A stretch of 64,000 bases of DNA from Vicugna vicugna (Eukaryota): the NCBI GenBank assembly GCA_013265495.1, contig MU058844.1:2459520-2523519 (forward strand), in the 5' to 3' direction. Positions within the stretch are counted from its first letter, which is position 1. Every line of letters begins with the position of its first letter. The translations under genes were made by a program, and so were the position numbers. Shown in pieces: positions 38,390 through 52,385 of this stretch. Below the pieces are notes generated by a model. It was not told the DNA's origin. It saw only the letters and a program-made list of their open reading frames with translations, and made no database searches.

Positions 38390-41300
38390 TTTATTACATT
38401 TTTCATTTTGATATAATTGCATATTCACATACAATTCTAAGAAATGTTATATACCCTTAATCCAGTCTCCATCAGTGGTAGCATCTTAAAATACCATAGT
38501 CCAATATCACAACTAGGATATTGATATATTTAATATACAGAAATCCCCATCACCACAAGGATCACTCATATTGACCTTTTATGGTCACACCCACTTTCCT
38601 TCCATTCCTCCCCCCTCTTAATTCTTCACAACCACTAATCTATTTCCATTTCTATATTATGTCAGCATCATATAAATATAATCAAACAGTATGTAATCTT
38701 TGGGAAATGGCTTTTTCCACTCAGCATAATTCTGTTGAGGTTAACATGGGTTGTCCCATGGTGATGGGTGTTTTTACTTTTTGAAGGACATCTGGGTTGC
38801 ATGGTTTGTGTCTATTATGCATAAAGCTGCTATATACATTTGTGTACAGGTTTTTGTGTGAACATAAGTTTTCAATTCTCTGGGATAAATGCTCAACAGT
38901 GCTGTTGCTGGGTCATATGGTGATTTCACGTTTAGCTTTTTAAGAAGCTGCCAAACTGTTTTCCAAAGTAGCCCTAGCATTTACATCCCACTAGCAATGT
39001 ATGAGTCATCTGGTTACTACACATCCTGGCCAACATTCGATGCTAACCCTGTGTTCTTTTCCTTTTAGTTATTGTAATAACTAGTGATATCTTACTGAAG
39101 TTTTAATGGGTATTTCCCTAATGGCTAATAATGTTGAACATATTTTTATATGCTTATCTGTGTATTCTCTTATCTGTATATGAAATCTGCATATCTTCTT
39201 TAATAAAATGCTCTTCGTGTCTTTTGTCTATTTCCTAATGAGATTTTAAACACTTCACTGCTGAGTTTTGAGGGATTTCATATATTCTAGATACTAGTTT
39301 TTGGATATCTGGTTTGCAAATATTTTCTCTCACTTTTGTAGCTTGTCTTTTTTAAATACTTCTAATGGGATCTTTCACAGAACAAATTTTTAAATTTTGA
39401 TCAAGCTTCAATTATCAGTGTTTCCTATTGTGAGTTGTGATTCTGGTGGCCCATTTTTGCCTATAGATGTCCAACTGTTTCACAACACTTGTGGAAGGAT
39501 TATCCTTCCTTCATTGCATCTTTAGCACCTTTGCCTTTAATAAGTTAGGTTTATTTGTGTGGGTACGTTTCTGCTTCTATGTCTTATCCTACTGATTTAT
39601 GTGTCTATTTCCATTATCCCCAGGCTAATAATCTTGATACTATAGCTGTATAATAGGTCTTGAAATCAGGAGCCAGATTATTTGAACTTTATTCTTCTTT
39701 TTCAAAATTGTTTTTAGCCATTCATATTCCTTTGCCTTTCCATACAAAATTGATAGTAATATTTTCTATTTCCACCAAAAAAAAAACCCTTCTGGGATTT
39801 TGATAAGAATCATGTTAAACCTGTTATTAACTGGGGGATGACTGACATCTTTACTATGTTAAATATTCCATGAGCACATGACTATTTATTTAGGTTTATT
39901 TGATTTCTTTCATCAGTTACATAGTTTTTTGCACCAAAGCATTGTACATATTTTGTTAGACTTATGTCTTTTTTCCCCTTCTTTCTCTCTCCTATCTTCC
40001 CTTTCTTCCTTCCTTCTTTTCTCCTCTCCCTTGCCCCCTACTCTGTCTGTCTCTCACCTTTTAGCAGGTGTAAATGGAATCGTATTTTAAGTTTGGGTTT
40101 CCTGTGTTCATGGCTAGAATAGAGATACAACTGATTTTTTTATGTTCATCTTTTATCTTGTGAATTTGTTAAATTCATTTACTAATTCTAAGTAAATTTT
40201 TGTAGATGTTTTGGGATTTTCTATGTGAATTATTATATCTTCTTCAAATAAAAATTTTATGTCTTTTTTTCTATCCTTACAGCTTTTCCTTTTCTTGCCT
40301 GATTGCACTGGTTAGAATTTCCAGAGCTATGTTGAATAAGAGTGGTAAGGGTGAGCATGTTTGTTGTTTCTGATCTAAAAGAGAAAGCATTTAGTCTTTT
40401 ACCACTAAATATGATGTTACCTGTAGGTTTTTTTGTAAATGTTCTTTATTGAGAATGGAGTTTCCTTTTTTTCCTGAGAGTTTTTAACATGAATGGATGT
40501 TACATTTTGTCAAATGTTTTTACTGCATTAAGTGATTTAATTACATAACTTTTCTTTACTCTGTCAATATAATAGGTTATATTGGTTAATTTTCAAATAT
40601 TGAGCCAGCTATGTTTTTACCACTGGAATAAACTCTGCTGGGTCATAATGCATATTTCTTTCTATATATTGTTCAATTCTATTTGCTATTTTCTTAAGGA
40701 TATTTGTGTCTTTTTTAATGAGAAATATTGGTCTATTATTTATTTGTTTGTCTGGCACTAGTTTTGGTATCTGGGTAATAGCTACTTCATAGAATGAACT
40801 GAGCAGGGTCCCTCCAAAAGGATTTATTACAAGAGTTTATGTAAAACTGGTGTTAATCTTTTTTTAAGCCGTTGGTGGAATTCTCCACTGAAACCAACTG
40901 GAAATGGCTATCTCCCCCATCTTTTTTTAATTTATGAATTCAAAGAACTTAATTGTTATAAAGACTATTCAAACTATTTCAGTTCAGTGAATTGTGTTAC
41001 TTTGATCCATTTCATCTGTTGTTAAATTTGTATGTGTAGAGTTGTTTATAATAAATCCTGATTTTTCTTATGATGTCTGTAGTATGTGCAGTGATTGTGT
41101 CTGTTTTATTAGTTACGTTAGTAATTTGTGTCCTCTCCTTATCATTCTGTCAATGTTGATATGTTTGTCAATTTTATTAATCTTTTCAAAGAACCAGCTA
41201 TTTGTTTTAGTGATTTTTATACTGTTTATCTCTTTTCAATTTCACTGTTTTCATTCTTATATTATTTTCTTCCTTTTCCTTGGTGGGGTTTATTTTGAAC

Positions 41301-41545
41301 TATTTTTTCTATGTTTTTGCAATGGGAATTGAGATTATAGATTTGAGACTTTCCCTTTTTTAACGTATAAATTTATTCCATAAATTTCATTCTCAGTAGT
41401 TTTAAATGTGTCACATGATCTTTGTTATAATACACTTCCATTTTCCTTCAACTTAATGTATTGTTTTTTTAATTACCCTTGAGACCTCCTATTTGACCTA
41501 TGGATTACTTAGAAATACGCTATTCAGTCTCCAAGTTTTTGTTTT
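38390..41545 (-). mobile_element. Ancient L1 (L1MB/L1MC-type), ORF2 and 3' UTR, about 3.1 kb
   Basis: ORF 38774-38980 (LWKTVWQLLKKLNVKSPYDPATALLSIYPRELKTYVHTKTCTQM) is the L1 ORF2 C-terminus. T-rich antisense ORF2 continues to about 41.5 kb. Confidence 0.93.
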
Positions 41546-42799
41546 TTGTTTTTTAGTAAGTGGATGCTGACTTTTTCTGCTTTTCTTGAGATGAATGTAT
41601 TTTCTAATTTTTTCAAAGAAGTAGTTCTCTTTACCAATCATTTATATTCTGCTGCACAAAATTAATTTCTGATTTAAGCTTTATATTTTTCACTGATACT
41701 CTCACCATGTGCTAATATTTTTATTTTCCAGTTATTTATGTTAAAATAGTTTTTCTCAGTTTTTCTTATTTTTAATAATTATGTTTAGAATCTGCACTTC
41801 TGATTAGCTCTTTGACTACATTCTGCAGACTTATAATAAATGTTTCTTTCATTACAATCAATTATAAAAATCTATTTTTTCAGTAACCAGATAATTATCT
41901 AGAATTTTTTATCAATTACATGAATTAATTCTATCTTTTTGAGGTTGGTTTCTAATTTTATTGTGTTATGATTGATGAATGTCACTTTTGTGAAGTTGAT
42001 TTATTTATGAGATTTACACATTCTTGATACTTGATTTTTGCCAAGTCTTTTGATAAGAACTTCTTAGATTTAATGATAATATCAGACTTTTCTTGCATGT
42101 TTGGACAGCAAATATCAAGCTATAAAGTAGGGTATTAGTAAATTTTATAACTTACTACAACAGCAAAGTTAGGATAATTGCTTGTTGCAATGCCTTACTA
42201 GCAAGGGCACAGTTGCAAATGATAATGTTTGAGTGATTCAGAGTAACTCCAGACCTTCTAGAAGCATAAGTCTCGCTCTCCAACCAGGTAAGGTAAAAGT
42301 ATCCCTGTACTTAGTCTAACCTAGATATCCACAAGAGACCACCTCACACTGGCCAAAATTACTTGATGATGCACCCTTGTACACAATGTATACTGCACGA
42401 CAAGAGACACAGTAAGTCCAAGAATGAACGAGGCTAGTACATTCCAGTGTGAGTACATTCTTGAATTCCCCAGGTACCTCCAGAATTCCTGCTAACAAGA
42501 CCTTTGTCCAGATAAAGTGTTGACTTACCCTAAACACGTTCACCATGTGCAGAGATGTACAGGGAAGTGTGATCAAAGGAGGTTTTTCTGTCATATTAAT
42601 GTTTTAATTTTTTTACAGGACAGTATATGATTTGTTTTAATTTAAATGCATAATACAAAGGTAAAATGATATCTCTACTATTTTAGCAGATCTCTTGTAA
42701 TTTGATAATTTTTATTTAATAATTATATAATTTTACCACCCTCAAAAAGAGTTTACATAAAATACTGTATATCTTTACAAGGCTGATCAATATAATGAT

Positions 42800-43012
42800 G
42801 TAATTAAGAGTTTGAATTCTGGAAACAGACTGCCTCCCTTTGAATCAAGACTTCTCTATGCAGTAACTGTGTGATTATAGACAAAAATTAGACTATAAAA
42901 TGGCCATCATAATTGCTCATTCTTCACTAGTTAATTTTGTATATCACGTAAAATTTTCTGCATTAAGTCCTTAGCACATGCACTGGTACAAAGGAAGCAC
43001 TCAACAAAGGTT
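42800..43012 (+). mobile_element. MIR SINE
   Basis: 'ttaagagtttgaattctggaaacagactgcc...cttagcacatgcactggtacaaaggaagcactcaacaaa'. Confidence 0.7.
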
Positions 43013-45119
43013 AGAGATAACTAGATAATAGATATGGAAAGAGAAATCAAGTAAAAATTTAAAAAAAATTTAACGTTATAATTATTCATGTTTAACAATA
43101 GCAAATTTATTTTTATGTGTAGTCTAGTTTGATCAGTTAGGAAACTTTTCATTCATCTGTCAGAATTATGTTTTTGATTTAAATTGTTAATACTTGTAAA
43201 GATTATAAGTGGTCAAGACTTCACTTAATTTGGTAGCTTAAGAAAAACTGAAGGTCTCTTAGCAACCGGGGCTGATGATACCTCTGAGAAGAAGCATTTT
43301 ATCTGTTCTGTTCTCCTATCTTTCTCATTACTGAAACAATAAAGATATAATTAAGGTCATGCCTGGGATTCAAAATGATGTAAGAAACAGAATGACTGCA
43401 AATTATCCTTGGATAGGGTGACTTGCTTTTAGTGAGTACATTGTCTATACATTTGAGCAGAGACATGATGATCTGATTTTTTTTCCTGTAACCTGGTATA
43501 TTAAGAGCTGAAAATTTGTAGAACTTGTTCTTGTGCTCTGCTCTTAAAATACTGAAAAAAGGAAAATTATTCCGAAATTTTCTTGGAGGAGGCTTAGGTA
43601 TATAAAGCAAATGTTTTTCTCAGAATACTTGATCTTTTAAAGAAAAATAAGATTGGGGGAATCAGAACATAAGAGTGAAAATTTTCTGGGTCTACAAAAA
43701 ATCACGTTAAATCAAGGAAATTGAAGTGTTCTCCTTTAACCCAGTGTGAAAACTCATTACGAGAAAGGAAAGCTAATATTCCAAAAACAATTATGACTTG
43801 ACTTTGCAATAAAAAGTCGTGTTCAACTACTTCATTCTCTATATTTTTTTAAATAGTTGATGAGGAAATGAAAACTAGGATGTTTTTGTTCTTTTCATTT
43901 GAAAATTCCAAGCAGGCATTCATCAAATAAACCTGTATTTATTTTACTTCCAGTATCCATTAACATTTGTGAGGAGCCTGAGATTACAATGGGAGCCAGA
44001 GGAAGCAGTTACTACAGCGGGATTTTGAATGAGTGCCAGCCAAGCACTCGGCCTTTTCTAAGTGAAACCACTCTTTGAATTAAATAATTTCCATGGTAAT
44101 TTAGCAGCATGACCATTTAGAAAAAATGGTCCCTAAAATAACTGTTATTATGTACATCTATAGAAATGGTGAGTCAAGATAAGGAGACAAGGTTTTACTG
44201 AAGTTTGAGGTTTGAAGTATTGATTAAGGCTCAGAAGAATCATACAGGAAGTAACGATTAAACTCAAGAGAGTACAGAAAGACCTTTTTCTTTTTTTTTG
44301 CTCATTTTCCCATAGGTAATGCCAAACAATCTTGACCCAGTGGAATTTCATTAATTTCTAGAAATATTTTTGACAGCAGTATCCTCAAATTTGGAAAAAA
44401 TACCAATGAGATTTTTATTGTATTTGTCTCTTAAGTTTCTGACTGTAATGAAAAATGCAACTGATTTTTCTACTCATATCCTTTTGTTCTTTCAACATTT
44501 GTTGCGAGTACACTTTAGTTCCCTGCTTCTTGGTTAACATACCATCATAGGAAATATTTCATTTATATATTATACTAGATATCTCGGTTTAGATATTCTT
44601 CATGGCTATCTTTCTCATCTTTAAAAATTCAGGTATAGGATAATATCAAATATTTTATGAAGTTCATGAATCTGTGACTAAGACTATTAATAGGCTGCAA
44701 TAAATTTAACTAGCACTGACTGTTGGGAAATTGATGACAGAGCTCCTTGGATACTGAAATATCCAAATCGGCATGACTTGTCTCCTTGATTTTCAACAGA
44801 TCAAACACAACGATTTGGAAAACTCTGTACAACACTAAAATTTTTTAAATAAATAAATGTAGTTAATAAATAAATACAAATAGATATGGATAACCAGGCA
44901 GAAAAAGCTGGTGATAATATGGTTTTAAAATACCTATTTTCCCCTTCAAATTATTTTTCTGGATTTCCCTATTTCTTTCAATGCAACTATCATTCTTTCA
45001 TATGTCAAGTCTCCTCAAATTTATGTTAATTTTAGCTTCATGGAATTTTTTTTCAGCCACTGCTTCACAATACTGTACATAATATTCCCATCCTCATTTA
45101 GAAATCTAGTGTGTCCTTA

Positions 45120-46170
45120 ATTTTCATTCATTTAGAAAACATTTCCTGAATGCCTAGTACATACTAGCTACTAATTCAGAGAGTAAAAATAGAATAGTGA
45201 ACAGAAGACACAAGATTCTGTTTTTATTGACCTTACCTTTAATGGAAATATAAAAAAAATTTAAATATTAAGTCCTATGTATAGAATGTTAGTGATGAGA
45301 CTAACAGAGCATGAAAGAAAATGTTGGAGTGGGTTTGAATGCTTAGGTAGAATGATCAAAGAAGGGAGACATTGAGAAAGTGGCTCCTGAGTAAAATCTG
45401 GACATAAACAGAGAAAATTTACGATACTGAAGGTTAAGCAAGTGAAGCTTTATTCCTGGAAGAATAGGAAGGCCAGTGTGGGTGGCTACTGAACAGAAAA
45501 TGAGCGGAAAGATTTTATAAAATATCTCCTGAGCCTGGCATTTAAAGCGATCCAAAGTCGTATCCCCCTCTACTAACACTCTGTTAATTAACACTCTGCT
45601 CAAGCTCAAAGACTCCATGAGCACGCTCATCTTCGAGATGTTATTCTTTTCTTCCTCTGCCTATTTTATACCCTTTCCTTTACCTAGATAAACAATCTAC
45701 ACATTGTCAAGTAAAATACTATCCCTGACAAACATATACAATTTTCCCAACCTACAATGAATTCTTTTTTTTGAACTTTCTATAGCACCATTTCTCTCTC
45801 TCTCTCTTTATATGAGCATAATGTATTTATATTTTTCTATCACCAGATCTAAAATTATAAGCTGAGAAATGGGGAACTATCTTACTAGCTTTCTGTATCC
45901 TATAGCAACCAAAGTGCCTTGCATTAAGTCAATTTTTTAAATGGATTTAGTCATATTTGTCTGTAGGATTGAAAGCTCAGTAAAGGGAGTGATTTAGTCT
46001 TTCATTTAACAAACACATATTGAATCCTTATTAAATACTGCACTGAGGATAGAGAAAAAGAAGGCCCAATCCCCAGAGACAAAAAGATAGCAATCTAGTA
46101 TATAAGACCAACTGGTAAATGTGCAGGTACACAGCCTAAAGAGTGCCTAGTTAGAGATATACATAGGGGC
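45120..46170. mobile_element. Cluster of LINE-2 fragments in both orientations
   Basis: Antisense tails at about 45123 ('ttcattcatttagaaaacatttcctgaatgcc') and about 46000, and a sense tail at about 45850-45950. Confidence 0.6.
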
Positions 46171-46175
46171 ATGGA

Positions 46176-46575
46176 TGTGTAACTCTGAGTCCTCCAAGAA
46201 GCAGATGCTAAGACAGGATTAAATGTGCAAAGATTTTCTTAAGGGAAATGTCTGCGAGGGAACATTTAAGTCTGAGTAAAGGAGAGAGGGAGGGATGAGT
46301 GGGGGAAAGTTTCCTGGACTTCTGTGTAGTCTAAGGAAGGTTCAGCAAAGCACAAGAGTTACGGAGGCAAAGCCAAAATCTGAAGAGAACTTTGTCTCCC
46401 AGGATGGGTCTGCCTTCACCTCACCAAGTCAGTTACTGATCAGACATGGCCTATGAGAGGTGTGGCTGTGACACAAATGCAGCCATAAGCAACAGAGCAC
46501 AGCACCTGGATTCTTGGGTAGGGATGCTACCTGCAGTGGGAGGTCTGCCAGACACAGCCTCAGGGCTGCCACCCT
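46176..46575 (-). mobile_element. ERVL LTR (LTR16-like)
   Basis: 'gagtcctccaagaagcagatgctaagacaggattaaatgtgcaaagattttcttaagggaaatgtctg' resembles the antisense 3' end of the LTR16 family. Confidence 0.7.
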
Positions 46576-47005
46576 GTGGAAGCACAATGGATCCAGAGCT
46601 GAACTGCATCAAGGAAGGACTGTCCAGACTAATCTACAGTTGAGTCATGACTCTGTACTGAATTAGTTCCATGAAGAAAAAAGGGAAGAAATAAACCGGG
46701 GAGGCAAAGAGGCATGTGGTGCACTGTAGGTCAGGAACCCACACAGAGAGTAGGTGGCTTGAGCACAGAGTGTAAAGGGAATGTGGTGAGTAAGAGAAGT
46801 GGGAATGGAAATGTGGCAAACAGAGGGTACGTCATAAAGAGCCCATGAAAGGCACAGGGGCTTGATCTTGAAGGAAAGAATCATCAGAGAAGGACTTTTA
46901 GTCAGGGGGACTGCTTGACTGCCTGCTCTAGTACTAACAGAAACTAATCAGGCTACCATTTCAGCATTAGCCAGGTTTTCAACTTACATTAAGTAACAGG
47001 TTTTT

Positions 47006-47150
47006 AGGGAACTATATTCAATATCTTGTAGTAACTTTTAATGAAAAAGAATATGAAAACAAATATAATGCATGTATATGTATGACTGAAACTTTATGCT
47101 GTATACCAGAAATTGACACAGTATCATAAACCGACTATACTTCAACAAAA
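47006..47150 (+). mobile_element. Short camelid-type L1 3' UTR fragment
   Basis: 'agggaactatattcaatatcttgtagtaac...ctgtataccagaaattgacacag...gactatacttcaa'. Confidence 0.85.
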
Positions 47151-47986
47151 TGAAACATTATTTGTAAATGTATTCAAATATGCAATAATAAAATACTGTT
47201 TAACCAAAAAAATGGTTTGAAAGAAGGTAAATCTTTAAGAATCTTTTTAGTGTTGATGGGTTTTAAGTTATTTTGAAAGAATTAATATCCAATCCCTATA
47301 AGATTCTAGATTTTAAAATTCAAGGCTACTAAAGGAATGTATTTAGAATTCGGGAGTTGGAATTCTCTTATGTTACAGGCTATTTTGTTAAAAAAAAACT
47401 TACAAAAATCTCTGAAGAGTTTTTGGATGGTATAGAGAAGCTGGTGTACTTGAGCAAGGGCTTAATCCAGGAGAGATATGAGCTGGAATATCTGTGAACC
47501 TGTCAGGCATCCTTTGCCATTTTGCTAAAGGACTTTCAACACCTTCTTCAGTCTTTCTATTACAGAAATATCACAGAGTGTGATATTTACCATCATTAAA
47601 CACAATAAGGTATGTTTCATCCTATCATAGTTTCCTGTAATTCTACCATTAATGGTAATATAAACAGCTCTGGGAAGGCTACTCAAAGATTATTTACTAA
47701 GTGTAGTTATTGGAGACACAAGAGATTATTTACACAATCTGAACCCTTAATTTGTTCCTTCTAATAAAATGCTTCACTGAAATAAAGGTGGCTCCATGAT
47801 CCCCGTCACTAGTTACGGACTAATATTCTTAGAAATTAGCTGGAGCAGTCAGTGAGAAAGATACAGAAATATTCTGAGTAAACCGAAGGCAAAATCTTCT
47901 CTTCTCACTACATACATATATACAAGTATCCACAAAGCGAGACCACACAAAGAATAGTTTCACGCTGCACTGGAGTGGTTATAGGG

Positions 47987-48210
47987 CAGTGGTTCCAAAC
48001 CGAGGAAGAGGAGAAATTTTATACCTACCCCTAGGGACATCTGGCCATATCCGGAGACATTTTAGATTGTCACATGGCAGGGGGGTGCTACTTACATCTA
48101 GTTACTGGAGGCAGATATGCTGCTAAATAATGTGTAGTACAGCCTCCCCATTCTCCAAAATAGGATTAACCAACCCAAAATGTTAATAGTTTCCAAATTG
48201 AGAAATCCTG
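47987..48210. mobile_element. MER20 (hAT-Charlie MITE)
   Basis: 'cagtggttccaaacc...ctagggacatctggccatatccggagacattt...cccaaaatgttaatagtttccaaattgagaaatcctg'. Confidence 0.9.
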
Positions 48211-48519
48211 TTGTGAGATGTTCAATCAATGTCATCAAGCCCTGGCCTGGGAAACACAAACATAAACCAGCCCAGGTTGCTACACAGAAGAGTAAGACAA
48301 GAACAGCCCTTTGGATGACAGAAGAGCCTTCTTTCACTCCACGTAATACACAGGTATTTTTCACCTGACACATATGTATCTCCATGACTAGTGAAACAGC
48401 TGACTGGTTGTTTCTAGCTTCAGTGACAAAGAAAATAGGGGCAGTGTGGAGAAAGCTCCCTTGTGTTTCTGGGGAGAAAGTGGCTGCCTGCCAATCCCAT
48501 TATCCCAAGTGGCCAACAG

Positions 48520-48760
48520 ACTAGGCAATCCTACTATGTGTCAAGCAACCGATGGACCCTATTTCATTAAATATTTACTCTAATCCTTTAATGCATAGTT
48601 ATATAAATTATATATATTAATATACAAATACAGATTACCCACTTTAATGTTATACTATATATATATATCCCATTTTACTAATGAGGAAACTGAGGAAGAG
48701 TAGTTTGTTAGGTTGTTCAAGTTCTTTCAGCTCTTATAGTTCTTATAGCTCATAAGCAGG
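48520..48760 (-). mobile_element. MIR SINE remnant
   Basis: 'ctactatgtgtcaagca...atcccattttactaatgaggaaactgagg'. Confidence 0.7.
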
Positions 48761-49400
48761 ATGGCATAACAACTCGTATGTCATCCAAGTACTAGCATTT
48801 TGGAAGTTTCCCTCTCTTGCAACTGCTGTTGCAGTTTGTTTGTTTTTAAATTGTGAAGCTATTTTTCCCTATACATCTCTAATTTAATAAACCCATGCCT
48901 CTCTCTAATAAGATCACCAATTATATTCTAGTCACAAAATCTGAACACCTTTACTTCAGTTTCCATCTTCTCTGAGGTTTCTGATTCACCTGTTACTAAT
49001 GAGACTATCTCTAGTGACGTGACAGTCGGCTTGTTTTATTGGTCTCACGGCTTGACCATCAACCTTTATTCTGTTTCCTTCTGGTCTGTTATAACTATTT
49101 TTATCCTCCTATTCTCCAAATTTGGCTGTCCTCCATGATTTTGTTCTTAAACCTCTTTACTTCTCTATGATCACATTATTGGCAGCTTAACCTCACTTCT
49201 CTGTTCAATGCAGATAACACAGAAATCAGTTTTAATATAGCAGATATGTGATTATACAAGCAGTTGCTGATTAAAGGGGTACATATACAAGTGACTTCTG
49301 AATAAAAGATAAATATTATTTAGTTAAAGAGAACTAAAGGCTAAAATCTAGAAAAGACTAACATTGATGGGTGGGCAAAAGCATATTTATTGAGGGAATC

Positions 49401-49770
49401 TGTGATGGTTACTGTTTTGTACCAGCTTGGCTAGGCCATGGTACCCAGATATTTGGTCAAACATCAATCTAGATATCTCTGTGAAGATATTTTTAAGATG
49501 AGATTTCAAGATTTAAGATGAGTCTGAATCAGTAGACTCTGAATAATGTAGATTACCCTTCATAATATGGATGGACCTCATCCAATCAGTTGAAGGTCTT
49601 AAGAGAAACCAGACTGAGATTTCCTAAGGAAGAGAGAATTCTACCCCCAAACTGCCTTCAGACCCAAGCTGCACACACAGACACAGACACAGACACAGAC
49701 ACAAACACACACCATACGCACACTCACACATATCCTGTAGATTTTTATTTTTCTGGAGAACTCTAATACA
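49401..49770 (+). mobile_element. MLT2 (ERVL) solo LTR with internal CA-rich tract
   Basis: 'tgtgatggtta...cttggctaggccatggtacccagatatttggtcaaaca...tccaatcagttgaagg...tctggagaactctaataca'. Confidence 0.9.
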
Positions 49771-50144
49771 GCCTGATAAAAAAAAAAATGGCTACAAAAG
49801 TTGGTGACAAACCTGGCAGAGATTACCTTCTAGGCCACTGATGGAGTTTCAAGAAGGTGTTAGGTGTTCAGCAATGCCAAATGCTACAGAAAGCCCTACA
49901 TTTTGCAACAGAGAAGAGATCAGTAAAGAATAATCTTTCATCAGTGGTAATTTAAACAAGAGAAGTTCCAGTGGCATACTGGAACAAAACTGTGATGGGT
50001 TAAAGAGTAGGTGATTGTGAGAACTGGAGACGTTAACTTAGACAACTCTGTCAAGATATTTGATAATGTCAGATATTACTGCATTACTTTCTCTTTCTAG
50101 TCTTACTGCCAGTCCCTAAGTTAAACCCCTTTTCCCATTCCCTA

Positions 50145-50275
50145 ACTATCTTGCTTTAAATGACAGCTCTATTGATATATATAACTCACATACCATAAAG
50201 CTCTTGCTTTTAAAGTGTAAGTGAGTGGATTTACTTTATCACAGAGTTGTGCAACCACCCCCCAATTGTTTATCA
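50145..50275 (-). mobile_element. Old L1M 3' end
   Basis: 'acagctctattgatatatataactcacataccataaa...cacagagttgtgcaaccacc'. Confidence 0.75.
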
Positions 50276-50654
50276 CACTTGTGCTGAGTCTCCCTTTCCA
50301 CACCCATCTACTCATGCCCTCCATATTTATTTACTTTTAAGTACAGAATAATTAGGTCTCACTTGGTCCAAAAATCTGTAACTGTCTCTGTTTACTCAGT
50401 TATCCACTATTTTTCAGTATGGTTCAAGACCTTCCAGATCTTGGCCCTCTTCACTTGCTTTCAATTTCCAGAAAGCTAGATGACTTTTTTTTTTAAATTT
50501 CTGAACAGCCATTTGTTTCCTAGCACATGTTGTCCATCCCCTTGATCTGGAACACTCCATTCCCAACAATCTAGCATCATATATAATTCCTACTCATCAT
50601 TCATACTTACATGTCATTAACCTCAAAATGTCTCTCCTTTATTTCGTAACTAAT

Positions 50655-51095
50655 TATCTAAAGGTCAGTTTGGCTGTGCCTAACAGAAATCATAGAAATG
50701 GTGCTTTACAAAGTTTAAAACTTTCTCATAAAAAGTCCAGATATGAGCAGTCTCTAGAGTGGGAATAGTAACTTTCCAGCTTCACATTTCACTAACGATC
50801 GGGTGTGACCCATGTTCTCATAGACCAAAACAGACTCACTTACGGAAGAAGCATCCCAAACAGCAAAAGGGGAAAAGAGGAAAGACAAAGATACACTCTA
50901 GCTCTCTTTTAAACAAATTAACTGAAAGTATCCATATAATACTTCGACTTCCAGCCCACTGATCAGCACGTACTCAGGCATATGACACCACCTAGCTGAA
51001 AGGATGCTGGGAAATATAAATTTCCTTCTTGTCGGTCAACACTGTCAAAGGGGATATTGGAGATGGGAGCAGGCAACTTGCAGTCTCTGTCACAA
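50655..51095 (-). mobile_element. Old MaLR LTR (MLT1K/L-like)
   Basis: 'catatgacaccacctagctgaaaggatgctgggaaatataa...gcagtctctgtcaca'. Confidence 0.6.
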
Positions 51096-52337
51096 CCTGT
51101 ATTCTAGGCTCTTAGACATTTCTGTCTTGATATTGCAGCTATTTGGACAATAACTATAAATAATATAGTAATTTTATCCCTATTTAGAACATAAATTCTG
51201 AGAAGGCAGAGACTGAATTAACTGTTGTATCCACTGCAGTGTTCAACACTTTCTTCACTTTAATGTAAAAAAAAAAAGTTTAGATGACAAGTCATAACTT
51301 ATTCCCTTCTGAATTCAGAACCAATTATGGCAGATACACAGGAGTGAAACAGAAAAAACTAGGAAAGCTGGACTGGAGTATGAAAACCCAGCCCAAACCT
51401 GAGGCCACAGCTCTTTTTCTATAGCATACTTTACAGCTATACCTCAAGCAAAGACATCACATAACTACAGCATTACACAATTAGACCTTGCTCGGTTGCT
51501 TCTGCATGGAGGATGGGAACAGAGCGGTCTTAATGCCCCTTAAAAAAGACTAGTTCAAGAGATAGGTTCAGAGATTGAAAGAGAAACATTGAGAGTAAGA
51601 AATGTTACTGATTTGTCTGTTGTATGGCCAAAGAGCTGGAAGAAAGAGCCAGAGGTGTTTTTTTTTTTCAATACTTATACACCCAGGTAGTGGAGTGAAA
51701 CTCTGTTGAAGCAGGAGTTGGTAACTACTGCTTCTCACAAAGTGTGTACATATACACATTTATTATAGTCACTGATCTAAACTTCAATTACTTCATCTGG
51801 TGACTTCTCACATGCTGTGCAGTAATTACAGTAAGAGCTCAGCATCATATGGATTCATCAGCTCTCCCACTTCAGGTCTGATGATCACTTTTAGTGATTT
51901 ATTGAAGAGATAAGAAAAGGGAAGAGTTTACTGCTTTTATTTAAAAGAATGTTATAACTTACTGAGAACTCACCAAAAAAATCAAACAAGTAATATTTGC
52001 ATAATATACTTTTTTTCTTCGAATTCTACTGTTACTGACTAATAGGGAGTCTTTGATCACGAAGGAACAAATCTCAAAATGGAAATTTACAGAAGGCGTA
52101 GAAGAATTGTGTAAAGTTAGAGGACAGAATTAATCAGTTCTCTCTTAATACTTTTAATTCCTCTGTTTCAGTCCTTATTTGGTGATATCATTGTGCTTTA
52201 TAATTCTGTCTCACCTGCCAGGCTGTGAGTTTCTCGAGTAAAGAAACTAGATCTTAATTAATGTTAGGGTTCCTAGGGCCTATCATTCTTCCTAGCACGA
52301 AGCAGCTTACTTAATATGAGGCTAATGACTACTGTTG

Positions 52338-52338
<1 letters not shown>

Positions 52339-52384
<46 letters not shown>
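52339..52384. repeat. (TG)23 microsatellite
   Basis: Uninterrupted TG run read directly from the sequence. Confidence 0.97.
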
Positions 52385-52385
<1 letters not shown>

